The notes: a model not told the origin generated them from the sequence alone. A stretch of DNA of 64,000 nt from Alphaproteobacteria bacterium (GCA_013288565.1 JABDBP010000002.1:17997-81996); one strand, 5' to 3'. Shown: positions 16,601 to 24,984, numbered from the stretch's first letter. Numbers and translations: made by a program.

Positions 16601-19404
16601 TCAATGTAGGTGCAAATAACGTAACCATTGATGGTGTACAAATCAGCAGCAATGGTCAGAATGGCGTTGATATTAACAATAACAGCAGCGGCGTTATAGT
16701 TAGAAACAACATTATCCAGGGTGCTGAGTCAGGTGTTTACGTCAGCGAAGGCGCTTCTGGTATTACCATCGATAGCAATAAATTTGTTGCTACTGGCGGT
16801 GGTCAGGATGGTGTCTATATAGGCAGCAGTAGCGGTAGCAACATTACTATTTCAAACGACCTTTTTGATAGCAATTATAGAGGTGTATACATTGGAAATA
16901 GTGTAAGTGGTGTCACTATATCCGGCAGCACCTTCCAGGAGAGCGGCTATGGCGTTTATATCGATGGGGCATCAAATGTAAACGTTGATAATAATACTTT
17001 CAGTTCCAATGCAACCGGCCTCTACGCTACCAACGCATCCACTCTCGAAATAGGCGGAAACAGCTTCTCAGGCAGTGAATCTGGCATGTATTTCGATAAT
17101 ACAGGCAACGTGACGATCCAGAACAATACCATAGACGGCACTAATGGCTCTGGTGTTTTCATTAGCAACCTCTCACACGATTTTGATCTTGAAGGAAATA
17201 CCTTTACCAATAATCAAACCGGCCTTGATGTGGAAAACACCGCTCATACCATCAACGTTGGTCTAACTAGCGGCAACACTTTCCAGAGCAATGGCACCGG
17301 CATCTATAACAACGGTCAGGATATGCAGCTCGCCAACAACACCTTTACCGGTAATACAAATTACCAACTGCAAGTAGGTGAGAGCGGCACTTTCGTTATC
17401 AGCGGCGAAGGTGGTAATTCAGCTTCACCAAGTGTTTTTGACAATATCGTAGGCAACAATAATTTCACCACAGCTACAATTTCGATTGATACACTAGGTA
17501 ATACTTTTGCCATATACCCAACCATAAATTTAGCAGTAGAAAGTGCTGGTAGTGGTTATACGGTTCGCGCTTATGCCGGCGATTATAATAACGAAGGCAC
17601 CATAAGCATCAATCAGACGGGCATGATAATTGAAGGCGCAAATCAAGGTATAGCTGGTAATGGAACACGTAATCCTGAAACCAACCTGGTTAATGGCACA
17701 TTCAGTATAAGTGCAAATGGCGTTATCATTGATGGATTCAAATTCACTAACACTGGTAACGATGGCGTTGATATTAACAGCGGTACCGGCGTTATAGTTA
17801 GAAACAGCATTATCCAAGGTGCTGAATTAGGTGTTTTTGTAAGTGAAGGCGCCAGCTCGGTTGAAATTGCTAACAACAGTTTCAACAACAACGGAACAGG
17901 TGTTTATCTTAGCGGCAGCAGCGGCAGTAACATCCACGATAACACATTCACTGGCAATTATACTGCTGCATATGCATACTACAGTGATAATGCTACCTTT
18001 GATAACAACACTATAGTTGGTGGTAGTTCATCAGAAACCTTTGGTACCGGTATAGAACTTGATCATTCAAGCAATGCTGGAATTGGTGTTACAACTGGAA
18101 ATACATTCCAATATCTAAATACCGGTATTTTGACTCACAATAACCATGATGTTGAAATTGCCCAAAACACTTTCACTGGAAACAACGTAGCTATTGGTGC
18201 ATATAGCAATACTCTTGGTACCAATGGAACATCAATTCACAACAATGAGTTTGATAATAATCAATATGGCTTTTCAGCAGAAGGTAGTGAAGGCGTACAG
18301 CTAACCAATAATATATTTAGCGGTAATACTACCGGTATCGCCATGTTCACAACCGTTGGTGTTGCTGGTATTCTGATTGATAACAACGTGTTCAATCAGA
18401 ATGCTTCTACAACAGCCATAGCACTTGATGATGCGGCTGGTTCACATGTCACCAATAATACATTCAATGGTGAAAGCGGTGGTTTAGGTGTTGTTATCGG
18501 GAAATATTCATCCAGCGATAACGTGACTATCGCACACAATACCTTCAATACCCTTGATACAGCGGTTAATGTAAATAATAGCCAAGGCGGGATTGTTGAT
18601 TCAGATTTATTTAGTGGCAATAACACCGCTCTTTCCGTAACGGGTGGCGGTGGAGTAACCATAACCAATTCAGTATTTAGCGGTAATTCTGGTACTGGAA
18701 CTGGTATCAGCGTTGATGGTGCAACTTCAACCATTGCCTTTGGTGATAATTTTTCCACCTTCACCGGCCTTACTAATTACATCGTATTCGCAAACAATGC
18801 TCTTAGCGGCACGACGCTCGATGTGAGCAACCTGACATTTGATGGAGTACAGGGCGTTGCTATGAGTGAGGCGCAGACAGATGCAGCTAAGGGTAAAGTA
18901 ACAGACTTTGATAATGATCCGACCCTTGGCGAGATAGCGTTCAACAATGGCATCTTCCCACCTCCTGGTGGCGGTGGCGGCGGTGGCGGCATTCCTCTAG
19001 GCGGCGGCGGTGGTGGTGGCAGTACACCTCCGGGCGATAATAATGGAACTCCAACCCCTCCAGGCAGCGGAAGTAATAACAATGGCGGGAATAACAGCAA
19101 CGGTGCTGGCAATGGCAATAACGGCAATGGCACTGGCAACGGCATCGGTATTGGTTCCGTGGATCACTTCAGCGATGACTCAGGGAATAATAACAACGGC
19201 GCTCCCCCTGGCCCTGGCGATAACCATAATGTAAATCTACTGGCCGGCCCTGGCCCCGGCCCCGGTAACAATAACTTCGGCAACCTTTCACCTGGAGCCC
19301 TTGGCAATCTTGCGCCACAAGCAGGAGGCCCCGGTGGTAACGGTGACGCCTCTTGTGGCAACGCATTCCTTGCAACTGGGTCAGTTCCCGCAGGATGCCA
19401 GTAA
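13636..19404 (+). CDS. TpsA exoprotein: filamentous-haemagglutinin-type TPS domain, long parallel beta-helix (PbH1/NosD-like) repeats, Gly/Asn/Pro-rich tail
   Basis: TPS domain NKALINWQSFSIG...ANGQVYLINPNGIFF; dozens of N.F.GN..G. beta-helix turns; tail GGGGGGGGIPLGGGGGGGSTPPG...GPGPGPGNNNFG. Confidence 0.9.
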   Translation: MKSIFNQNCGSKKFNTQLKTTSLSRKLFASLAITSALAGVSAKANPVGGQVAAGNAQINQTNPNVTTVTETSNKALINWQSFSIGQGQLTEFIQPSSSSIIANRVVGVDPSKILGALKANGQVYLINPNGIFFSKTATVDVSGLIASTADIKNSDFMAGNRNFSIAGKPDASVINRGTITARNAGLVALVAPGVENSGIIQANMGAVVLAAGETATFDFYGDKLINFTVTSPATSKAKDENGNPLLAAVSNSGTINAAGGQVLITANAAKAIVDNVVNMNGIVDASSATVVGGSIVLNGGDAGTVNVAGSINAKGTTGGNVDVLGNEVVLASGSIIDASGINGGGKVRIGGDFHGQGPLNPAKTTTVENNAIIRNDAEENGDGGTVAIWSDEKTIFQGNVSAKGGANSGNGGFVEVSVSPTNGKGYLFDGKVDLSAAKGTVGTLLLDPDSVTIGDNPGADDGSYTGNIASGDNPGANMVISHGAVETALSTASVDIEAVNYVSVTTAIDVSGSSGAATHSLTLGADTINVNAGIALNNGDLNLNGGTAVNISTSAISLGTGNFNVHSVGGSGNTSSFTFDSASTINANSVNINADHSTISGAITAGGLVSIIGDSVAGSVLVDTGTISGAGAVDISAGTVNIASGGSVTSTGDNITLSAATATIAGSVNANSNLDISTTTSLDLNSTLSFGGILTSATGNPLVNIDSNSASINQGIALVTSLGTVSLADSTTYNQQVDINKQITLSGASQAGTVIDGGGNSPTLLIDGGGTGSIIKNLTVQNSGPTSNNIYIDPSATGVTIDHVTAQNAGNDNIYVGGDNATITGVTASGAGTANIEVGAANVSIDQSTVEGAVHGYGILNDGVTGLSITNTTFDSNQNFQYFTTGSATPADLDNLINTGGNTFKTAVVLIEPDNATLRTTGIYSKIQNAVNDAQTGAPGDIVKAYAGDYNEGQINVNTSGITIEGNNVGIAGNSHSNPETNLVNNTYFNVGANNVTIDGVQISSNGQNGVDINNNSSGVIVRNNIIQGAESGVYVSEGASGITIDSNKFVATGGGQDGVYIGSSSGSNITISNDLFDSNYRGVYIGNSVSGVTISGSTFQESGYGVYIDGASNVNVDNNTFSSNATGLYATNASTLEIGGNSFSGSESGMYFDNTGNVTIQNNTIDGTNGSGVFISNLSHDFDLEGNTFTNNQTGLDVENTAHTINVGLTSGNTFQSNGTGIYNNGQDMQLANNTFTGNTNYQLQVGESGTFVISGEGGNSASPSVFDNIVGNNNFTTATISIDTLGNTFAIYPTINLAVESAGSGYTVRAYAGDYNNEGTISINQTGMIIEGANQGIAGNGTRNPETNLVNGTFSISANGVIIDGFKFTNTGNDGVDINSGTGVIVRNSIIQGAELGVFVSEGASSVEIANNSFNNNGTGVYLSGSSGSNIHDNTFTGNYTAAYAYYSDNATFDNNTIVGGSSSETFGTGIELDHSSNAGIGVTTGNTFQYLNTGILTHNNHDVEIAQNTFTGNNVAIGAYSNTLGTNGTSIHNNEFDNNQYGFSAEGSEGVQLTNNIFSGNTTGIAMFTTVGVAGILIDNNVFNQNASTTAIALDDAAGSHVTNNTFNGESGGLGVVIGKYSSSDNVTIAHNTFNTLDTAVNVNNSQGGIVDSDLFSGNNTALSVTGGGGVTITNSVFSGNSGTGTGISVDGATSTIAFGDNFSTFTGLTNYIVFANNALSGTTLDVSNLTFDGVQGVAMSEAQTDAAKGKVTDFDNDPTLGEIAFNNGIFPPPGGGGGGGGIPLGGGGGGGSTPPGDNNGTPTPPGSGSNNNGGNNSNGAGNGNNGNGTGNGIGIGSVDHFSDDSGNNNNGAPPGPGDNHNVNLLAGPGPGPGNNNFGNLSPGALGNLAPQAGGPGGNGDASCGNAFLATGSVPAGCQ
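16462..16785 (+). repeat. Intragenic duplication in tpsA, copy 1 (best-conserved core)
   Basis: VKAYAGDYNEGQINV...NPETNLVNN...GVDIN...GVIVRNNIIQGAESGVYVSEGAS. The 24 nt at 16567-16590 are identical to 17671-17694. Confidence 0.85.
17563..17883 (+). repeat. Intragenic duplication in tpsA, copy 2
   Basis: VRAYAGDYNNEGTISI...NPETNLVNG...GVDINSGTGVIVRNSIIQGAELGVFVSEGAS. Offset about 1.1 kb from copy 1. Confidence 0.85.
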
Positions 19405-19424
19405 CAAGTTAAGTTTTAGCTCAT

Positions 19425-19458
19425 AAAAAAGGGGAGGAAACACCTCCCCTTTTTTTTA
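19425..19458 (+). terminator. Rho-independent terminator after tpsA
   Basis: GGGGAGG (19431-19437), loop AAACA, CCTCCCC (19443-19449), then a T run of 8. Confidence 0.9.
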
Positions 19459-19480
19459 GGTAATTTTAGTGATTTCAATT

Positions 19481-19555
19481 GTCATTGCGAGCGACCAACG
19501 GGAGCGCGGCAATCCAGTCTGGATTGCTTCGTCGGCGTTGCCTCCTCGCAATGAC
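19481..19555. repeat. GC-rich nested palindromic element (GTCATTGCGAG...CTCGCAATGAC)
   Basis: 11-bp terminal inverted repeat (19481-19491 and 19545-19555) plus inner palindrome CAATCCAG-T-CTGGATTG. Resembles small REP/MITE-like palindromes common in host-associated proteobacteria. Confidence 0.7.
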
Positions 19556-19719
19556 GGTTTTAGATTCAAACCGATGAACCACTCCTTTTTATATCAGTGG
19601 TAACGCCACCAGCCAGTTTCGCTAATTGCTTAGAATCTATTGGCTACTGCCATGAGCAGAGAGCGCCTCGTTATTCTATAAGACAATTATCAATTAGTGC
19701 ATGAGAACAGCGTTGAATT

Positions 19720-20100
19720 TCAGTGAAATATAAAGCGGTTCTGACCCTCTTCTTCCTCCCTAACCTTCTCCTTCTTCGCATCCTTCTCTACCTGCTCTTC
19801 TTCCTCGGCCTTTGCCGACTCCCCCGTATTGGTATTGATTAACTTGTCTTCGCATACGATTACTTTAGCGCCGGGAAGCCAGTGCGCCGTGCTTGAATTA
19901 TCTATATTATTTATTTCCCAGATTGAATTATCTTCCAGGATAACGATGTTCCCATCGTCGATCACTTGCTTTACCCGGTGGCCTTTCTCGCAATCGTCAG
20001 CATTGGCGTTGAATGAGAACAGTGCAATCAAGGCTAAAGCGGCAGTTATTGCTGCCGGGAAAAGAACCGCTTTCTTGCTGACGCTACCTTCTATCTTCAC
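19720..20100 (-). CDS. Small secreted protein with acidic C-terminal tail
   Basis: Signal peptide KKAVLFPAAITAALALIALFSFNANA follows a GTG at 20100. The start is uncertain; an ATG at 20138 is possible. Confidence 0.45.
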   Translation of the reverse strand: MKIEGSVSKKAVLFPAAITAALALIALFSFNANADDCEKGHRVKQVIDDGNIVILEDNSIWEINNIDNSSTAHWLPGAKVIVCEDKLINTNTGESAKAEEEEQVEKDAKKEKVREEEEGQNRFIFH

Positions 20101-20335
20101 GGCGCCTATCTTCGTGACCTCTTTTATGATGACCCCCATGCCGATACCTGTAGTCGCCGTAATCATATTGTGCATAGGATGGCTCCACATAGACCGGCGC
20201 TGCATAGACCGGCGCTTCGTAATATGTCGGCAGCGGGATGCCAAAATTTATGGAGATTTCCGCATTGGCTGAAAAAGCGTTGAGCAAACACAGCATGCCG
20301 GCAAAGATAATTATTTTTTTCATATATTTTTCCAT
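20084..20335 (-). CDS. Small secreted Tyr-rich, basic-tailed protein
   Basis: Signal peptide MKKIIIFAGMLCLLNAFSANA, then YYEAPVYAAPVYVEPSYAQYDYGDYRYRHGGHH. Confidence 0.5.
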   Translation of the reverse strand: MEKYMKKIIIFAGMLCLLNAFSANAEISINFGIPLPTYYEAPVYAAPVYVEPSYAQYDYGDYRYRHGGHHKRGHEDRRREDRR

Positions 20336-20351
20336 AAATAATTATCTAGAG

Positions 20352-20783
20352 CTATTGAGCTTTTTCCGCTGCTTTCTGGGCTTTTTCCGCCTTATGCTCT
20401 TTTGTCATGGCTAGAGCCACTGTCTTGCGCTCTTTTTGCGAGAGTTGCGCCACGGCTGAAGCAAAGGCCGCGTCTAGATTCGCTGCCGCTTTATCGTGCA
20501 ATTCCCGTATTTCGTTGCTTTTGGCGACGAAGGCATCTCTATCGAACGTATCCGCAGTGAGAATATTGTGAAGATCTTGATGCAGCCCGTGCATCTGATC
20601 GTAAAGATCCTTATTCTGCTCATGCGCCTGTCTCATCACGGCATGGAATGCCTCGGCTTTATCGTGGGGCAGCCTGGATATTGCTTTCTCCATATAAGAG
20701 TGCGATTCCCGGGAATTTGCCGTTGCGGCAACGGAAAAAGTGAGCGCGAATAATAATGCAGTAATTGAGAGCAGTGCTTTCAT
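20352..20783 (-). CDS. Periplasmic Spy/CpxP/metal-resistance-like helical protein
   Basis: Signal peptide followed by an all-helical His/Gln/Lys-rich sequence with an LSQKE(R) LTxxQ-like motif. SD AGGAG. Confidence 0.5.
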   Translation of the reverse strand: MKALLSITALLFALTFSVAATANSRESHSYMEKAISRLPHDKAEAFHAVMRQAHEQNKDLYDQMHGLHQDLHNILTADTFDRDAFVAKSNEIRELHDKAAANLDAAFASAVAQLSQKERKTVALAMTKEHKAEKAQKAAEKAQ

Positions 20784-20982
20784 ATAGTTTTCTCCTGTTA
20801 GGCATCCTGTTTAGCGGCAAAGAAATAAAGATGTCATACGTTATTTTGGCGATTTCCAGCCAGCCATCGTTTACGGATTCCTTACGCAAACAGCACACTT
20901 ACCACATCGAAAAGCAACGGCAGGGACAATACTGATAAAGGCCTGGCCGATCCTCTAACCCCTTATTGGAAGAAGCAATTGC

Positions 20983-21240
20983 ATGACAAAACAATCCCAA
21001 GGCAAATTCCTACTGATGGTAGGCTTATCAGTTATCGTTGCCGTCATCGGTTATTATCTGCTTACCATGCCGGATCAGCGCAATGGAGTGCAGAAACTCG
21101 GCGATGCTATAGAGCAATTACACAACGGTAACGGTTCCGATAAGGCTGCCCGTGAATTGAAAGACCGCACTCCCGGTGAGCGCATTGGCGATGCTGTCAA
21201 AGACGCAGGCGATAAATTCAAAGGCACTGACAATCAATAA
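20983..21240 (+). CDS. Small membrane-anchored hypothetical protein
   Basis: N-terminal TM FLLMVGLSVIVAVIGYYLL and a charged Gly/Asp/Lys tail. Probably co-transcribed with the OmpA-like gene. Confidence 0.45.
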   Translation: MTKQSQGKFLLMVGLSVIVAVIGYYLLTMPDQRNGVQKLGDAIEQLHNGNGSDKAARELKDRTPGERIGDAVKDAGDKFKGTDNQ

Positions 21241-21275
21241 TTATCCCACTTAACCATTACCTAAAGGAGACCACC

Positions 21276-21854
21276 ATGAAAATCCGGACACTTATTATTA
21301 CTAGCATACTGGGAGCGGGACTCTCATTTAGCCTTACTGCTGCCGCGCAGGATGGGAGGTTTGACAATTATGATGTCGTGCATGATACGGGCAGACACGT
21401 GGTAAGAAACACTTTCGGCAACTGCGTACGCACGAGTTGGGATTCACAGAGTAACGAATGCCGTGACGGGTATCGTCTCGGCGATGAAGAGCTTACGGTA
21501 TATTTTGAATTCAACAAAACCGTGCTTATGGAAAGCCAGCGTCGCAAGCTTAACAGTCTTGCCGATGTGCTGAAGTCAATGAATGACATAAGCGGCGTCA
21601 GCATTGTCGGTTATGCTGACCGCATCGGAACTGTGGACTATAACGAAGACCTGTCCAAGCGTCGCGCCAAAGTAGTCGAGGAATATCTGCGCGAGCGCGG
21701 CTATCTCAACACCACCCTAGCCAAAACGCGCTGGCTGGGTGAATCCGCTCCGATCACGCAATGCAAAGACGGCATGAGCCGCAAGGCGCTAATTGCTTGC
21801 CTGCAAAAAGATCGCCGGGTAACGGTCGAGATTCAATACAAAAACGATCGATAA
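21276..21854 (+). CDS. OmpA-family peptidoglycan-binding protein
   Basis: VYFEFNKTVL......L..LA..L......V.IVGYADRIGT.DYNEDLSKRRA..V..YL. Signal peptide with no lipobox. Confidence 0.9.
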   Translation: MKIRTLIITSILGAGLSFSLTAAAQDGRFDNYDVVHDTGRHVVRNTFGNCVRTSWDSQSNECRDGYRLGDEELTVYFEFNKTVLMESQRRKLNSLADVLKSMNDISGVSIVGYADRIGTVDYNEDLSKRRAKVVEEYLRERGYLNTTLAKTRWLGESAPITQCKDGMSRKALIACLQKDRRVTVEIQYKNDR

Positions 21855-21965
21855 GATGGCGGTATCAATCGCTAACTCTTGATACTGCGAACTTATTCGA
21901 AGCCATCCGACATGCCGACATGGCCTAACTGGCTGAGCTGCCCCTACCAGGGTAGGAAAATTTGG

Positions 21966-22724
21966 ATGTGTGCTTCTTGTGCCATGCTGGCAGCTATTTT
22001 GATGAGCTATGCCGCTCCTAATGTCTTTGCGGAAACAGCCCCTGGTAATATCGATGCCGACCGTGCCGTTAAAGCATCAGCTAATACTGGGACAAACATT
22101 AGTACAGGGCGGACGGCAGATAGTTATGTTGAAGGCAAGTATGGCTATGTGACACTTTCCGGTACGGTTTCCAAAATTCTGGATAATGACCGGTTTATGC
22201 TGGACTATGGAAACGGCGTCACCCAGATAGATTGCGACGATGCGTTGCATGATCTGTTAAAAAGAAGCCCACGTAAGATAAAGACCGGCGATAAGGTAAC
22301 GGTAAGCGGCAAGATAGATAATAACTGGTTTACCAAGCGCGAGATTCTTGTCTCTACCATTATTCATATTACCGATGATTATACCCTGCTCTATAAACGC
22401 CCCGAGGCAGCCGCGGGAGAAAAAGTGCCTGCTGTTATTATCGGAGTTGCCAAGCCATCATTATTTCTGGATGGCCAAGTTGCACTGACGGGAATAGTCA
22501 GCGGAGTCGCAAATGAAGAAAGCTTCACTCTGCGCTATGAGAACGGCACGATTCAAGTGAATGCTTCCGGCATCAAGATTCCGGACAACAACCGCATTGC
22601 CAGAGGTAATGTGGTGACGGTTTATGGAAAGATTGATAATTCTTTTTTTAAGGATCGAACAATTACTGCCGAGACGATTGAGAAAATAGGATTATACAGC
22701 CGTGTCTCGGCAAGCGACCATTAA
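21966..22724 (+). CDS. Secreted protein with two internal OB-fold-like (YgiW/BOF-like) repeats
   Basis: ATG at 21966 with SD AGGAAA. Repeats are YVTLSGTVSKILDNDRFMLDYGNG..QID...VTVSGKIDNNWFTKREI and VALTGIVSGVANEESFTLRYENGTIQVN...VTVYGKIDNSFFKDRTI. Confidence 0.55.
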   Translation: MCASCAMLAAILMSYAAPNVFAETAPGNIDADRAVKASANTGTNISTGRTADSYVEGKYGYVTLSGTVSKILDNDRFMLDYGNGVTQIDCDDALHDLLKRSPRKIKTGDKVTVSGKIDNNWFTKREILVSTIIHITDDYTLLYKRPEAAAGEKVPAVIIGVAKPSLFLDGQVALTGIVSGVANEESFTLRYENGTIQVNASGIKIPDNNRIARGNVVTVYGKIDNSFFKDRTITAETIEKIGLYSRVSASDH

Positions 22725-22744
22725 TACAGTAATACTTGCGAATC

Positions 22745-24316
22745 TCAGAGTTCATTGTCTATAGGCAGCACGGAAAAAAATCCTGACGTAACGTTGCGCC
22801 ATAACCCGGCCTGTGGATCACAGTGGTAACGCACCTCCTGACCCTGCTCCTCAGTAACCCAAACAAGGGAGCCATCGTCGATTATGACATGGTAGCTCAC
22901 TGATGGTGCAGTGGTCATCTCAAACATTGTTGTAACCTGCTCCGCTAGTTCCGGACTGTGAATAACTAATACTTGTTCGGTGTTTAAGTGTATGGACCGT
23001 GGATCAAGGTTGAAAGAACCTATCATCAGATCACGCCGGTCGATGACATAAAGTTTTGCGTGCAGGCCATTTTGCGAAGATGCTTTAAACATGTGATGAA
23101 CACTGGGTTTTGCCCGATCCAATTTGAGTTCATACAATTGGACGCCACCAGCCACTAATGTCCGGCGATAATGGCTGTAACCAGCCTCAGCCGGAACCAT
23201 ATCTGTGGATGCGAGCGAATTGGTGGCTATCCGCACCGAGATACCACGATCTGCCAGTGATGTCAGCCACTCTACGCCACTGTCCAGAGGAACAAAATAA
23301 GGCGTAATTATAATGAACTCACGCTGTGCATTGTTCACCAACTGATCCAGCTTGATTTCCGGCTTGCTGCTGGATGTTTCGCTCGACTGCTCGATCTTAT
23401 TCGGGCTGTCTGCAGCCAGTTCGGCGGTTGCCCAAACCAGCGGCACCTGGCCACTTTTAAGCTGTTTGGTCAATGATGTTTCACGCAGCCGCTTGCCAGC
23501 TTCGGAATGCAATACATCATCCCAATGCTGGCGTAATTCTTCGCGAAGGTGCGCAATCTCCGGCCCATCCGATTCTGGCACATCGAGCGCACCAACCGGA
23601 TAAGATTCGGGGCTGTTCCAATATCTATCAAAGCTTTGTGAAATCTTTCCGGTGATTGGTCCGGCGGTCAGCACATCCATATCCCTGAAATTAACATCGG
23701 CGCTGGCCTCAAAATACTCATCCCCAAGATTCCGTCCGCCCATGATGGCAACTTCATTATCAGCGATCAGCGCTTTATTGTGCATACGCCGAGTAAATTG
23801 GTCGTGGCGTGAGAGCGCGTTTCCGACATATGAAAAAATGGACTGATCATTGGTTTTGTAGGGGTTAAATACCCTGATTTCGATATTTGGATGCGTACTA
23901 AGCGCAGCAACTCCAGCCCTGAAATCGTCAAGATTCCAGTCATCAAGGAGCATCCGTACACGTACTCCGCGATCAGCAGCATGCAACAGTGTTTCTAATA
24001 ATAATTTTCCGGTGGTATCATCCTGAGTACTAAAATACTGGAGGTCAATGCTCCGCTCAGCCGCCTCTACCAACGCGATCCGCATCATGAATGCATCGCT
24101 GCCATTAGGAAGCAGCCGGAATCCTGACTGATCGGGATGCGCCCTGGTGGCTCGCGCCAGCGTCTTACCCAGTTCCGTCTCTTGTGCTGATGTGATGGCA
24201 AAGGATGAGATGCGCGGATAGTCAGATACCGGCGGACGAGTGGTGCAACCTGCCGATAACAACAAAATTATCAGGACAAAAATACGATGGGATCGGTACG
24301 ATAACTCTAATACCAT
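22745..24316 (-). CDS. Phospholipase D family lipoprotein (two HKD motifs)
   Basis: HKD motifs HNKALIADNEVAIMGGRNLGDEY and HAKLYVIDRRDLMIGSFNLDPRS. Lipobox LLLSAGC after the M53 start at 24316. Confidence 0.85.
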   Translation of the reverse strand: MVLELSYRSHRIFVLIILLLSAGCTTRPPVSDYPRISSFAITSAQETELGKTLARATRAHPDQSGFRLLPNGSDAFMMRIALVEAAERSIDLQYFSTQDDTTGKLLLETLLHAADRGVRVRMLLDDWNLDDFRAGVAALSTHPNIEIRVFNPYKTNDQSIFSYVGNALSRHDQFTRRMHNKALIADNEVAIMGGRNLGDEYFEASADVNFRDMDVLTAGPITGKISQSFDRYWNSPESYPVGALDVPESDGPEIAHLREELRQHWDDVLHSEAGKRLRETSLTKQLKSGQVPLVWATAELAADSPNKIEQSSETSSSKPEIKLDQLVNNAQREFIIITPYFVPLDSGVEWLTSLADRGISVRIATNSLASTDMVPAEAGYSHYRRTLVAGGVQLYELKLDRAKPSVHHMFKASSQNGLHAKLYVIDRRDLMIGSFNLDPRSIHLNTEQVLVIHSPELAEQVTTMFEMTTAPSVSYHVIIDDGSLVWVTEEQGQEVRYHCDPQAGLWRNVTSGFFSVLPIDNEL

Positions 24317-24320
24317 ATCC

Positions 24321-24596
24321 TTATAACCCCTTGAAGTCTTTGTTTGTCTCGGGAGAGCCACGTGTTTCGCAAAGTTTGCGGTCTTTGCGAACCGTTCCTT
24401 CAATGACGCGACAATCTTTGCCTGTTGCTGCATCGACCCCGTCTTCTGCCAGTCCTTTGCCATTAACGGCACGAGGCGCTACTTCCGTGAGGAAAATATT
24501 CGGGATCCCAGCTATCAGGGGCGCTCCACAGCTTGTAAGAATAGCCATTAAGAATCCAGCGGCGGTGAAGGCAATTATGAGAGTGAGGATATTCAT
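24321..24596 (-). CDS. Small lipoprotein, unknown function
   Basis: Lipobox MAILTSCG. Ends 5 nt before the PLD start and overlaps the upstream gene by ATGA. Confidence 0.5.
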   Translation of the reverse strand: MNILTLIIAFTAAGFLMAILTSCGAPLIAGIPNIFLTEVAPRAVNGKGLAEDGVDAATGKDCRVIEGTVRKDRKLCETRGSPETNKDFKGL

Positions 24597-24958
24597 TGAT
24601 GCGCCTTCAAATCGGTTAGTTTATTGCGCAGCCATTTTTCCGATTCTATCCTCGTGCCATCCGGCAATTCGACGTAATAGGGTTTTCCGGTTATTGAAGA
24701 GTGGCTTGCAATATTGTTAATAAAATCATCTACGGTCCGGATATTATTTCCAGATCTTTCGAGCTTCATCTCAAGATGCGCCTTTGCCTCCTGACCTGGA
24801 TATTCCACACCGTTACGAACGAAGGTTAATCCGGAAGTGCCAATAACATTAAGCAGGTAAGATATTTTTTCCTGTTCTGATAAATTATTGGTTGAGGCAT
24901 GAGCTAAGGAAGTAGATCCCAGCAATAGCAACGAAAGAAAAACCAAAGCGCGAATCAT
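24593..24958 (-). CDS. DUF5329-like secreted protein
   Basis: Signal peptide plus EKISYLLNVIGTSGLTFVRNGVEYPGQEAKAHLEMK resembles DUF5329. Confidence 0.6.
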   Translation of the reverse strand: MIRALVFLSLLLLGSTSLAHASTNNLSEQEKISYLLNVIGTSGLTFVRNGVEYPGQEAKAHLEMKLERSGNNIRTVDDFINNIASHSSITGKPYYVELPDGTRIESEKWLRNKLTDLKAHQ

Positions 24959-24984
24959 ATGGTCTCTCGTCTATTGGAAGACTC

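Noticed and set aside
19720-20335. The two overlapping minus-strand ORFs (174 aa and 83 aa) read as one frameshifted pseudogene.
   Set aside because: Each reading frame contains its own plausible signal peptide (MKKIIIFAGMLCLLNAFSANA, and KKAVLFPAAITAALALIALFSFNANA after a GTG). Two small adjacent genes are therefore more likely. The N-terminal 48 codons of the 174-aa ORF look non-coding.
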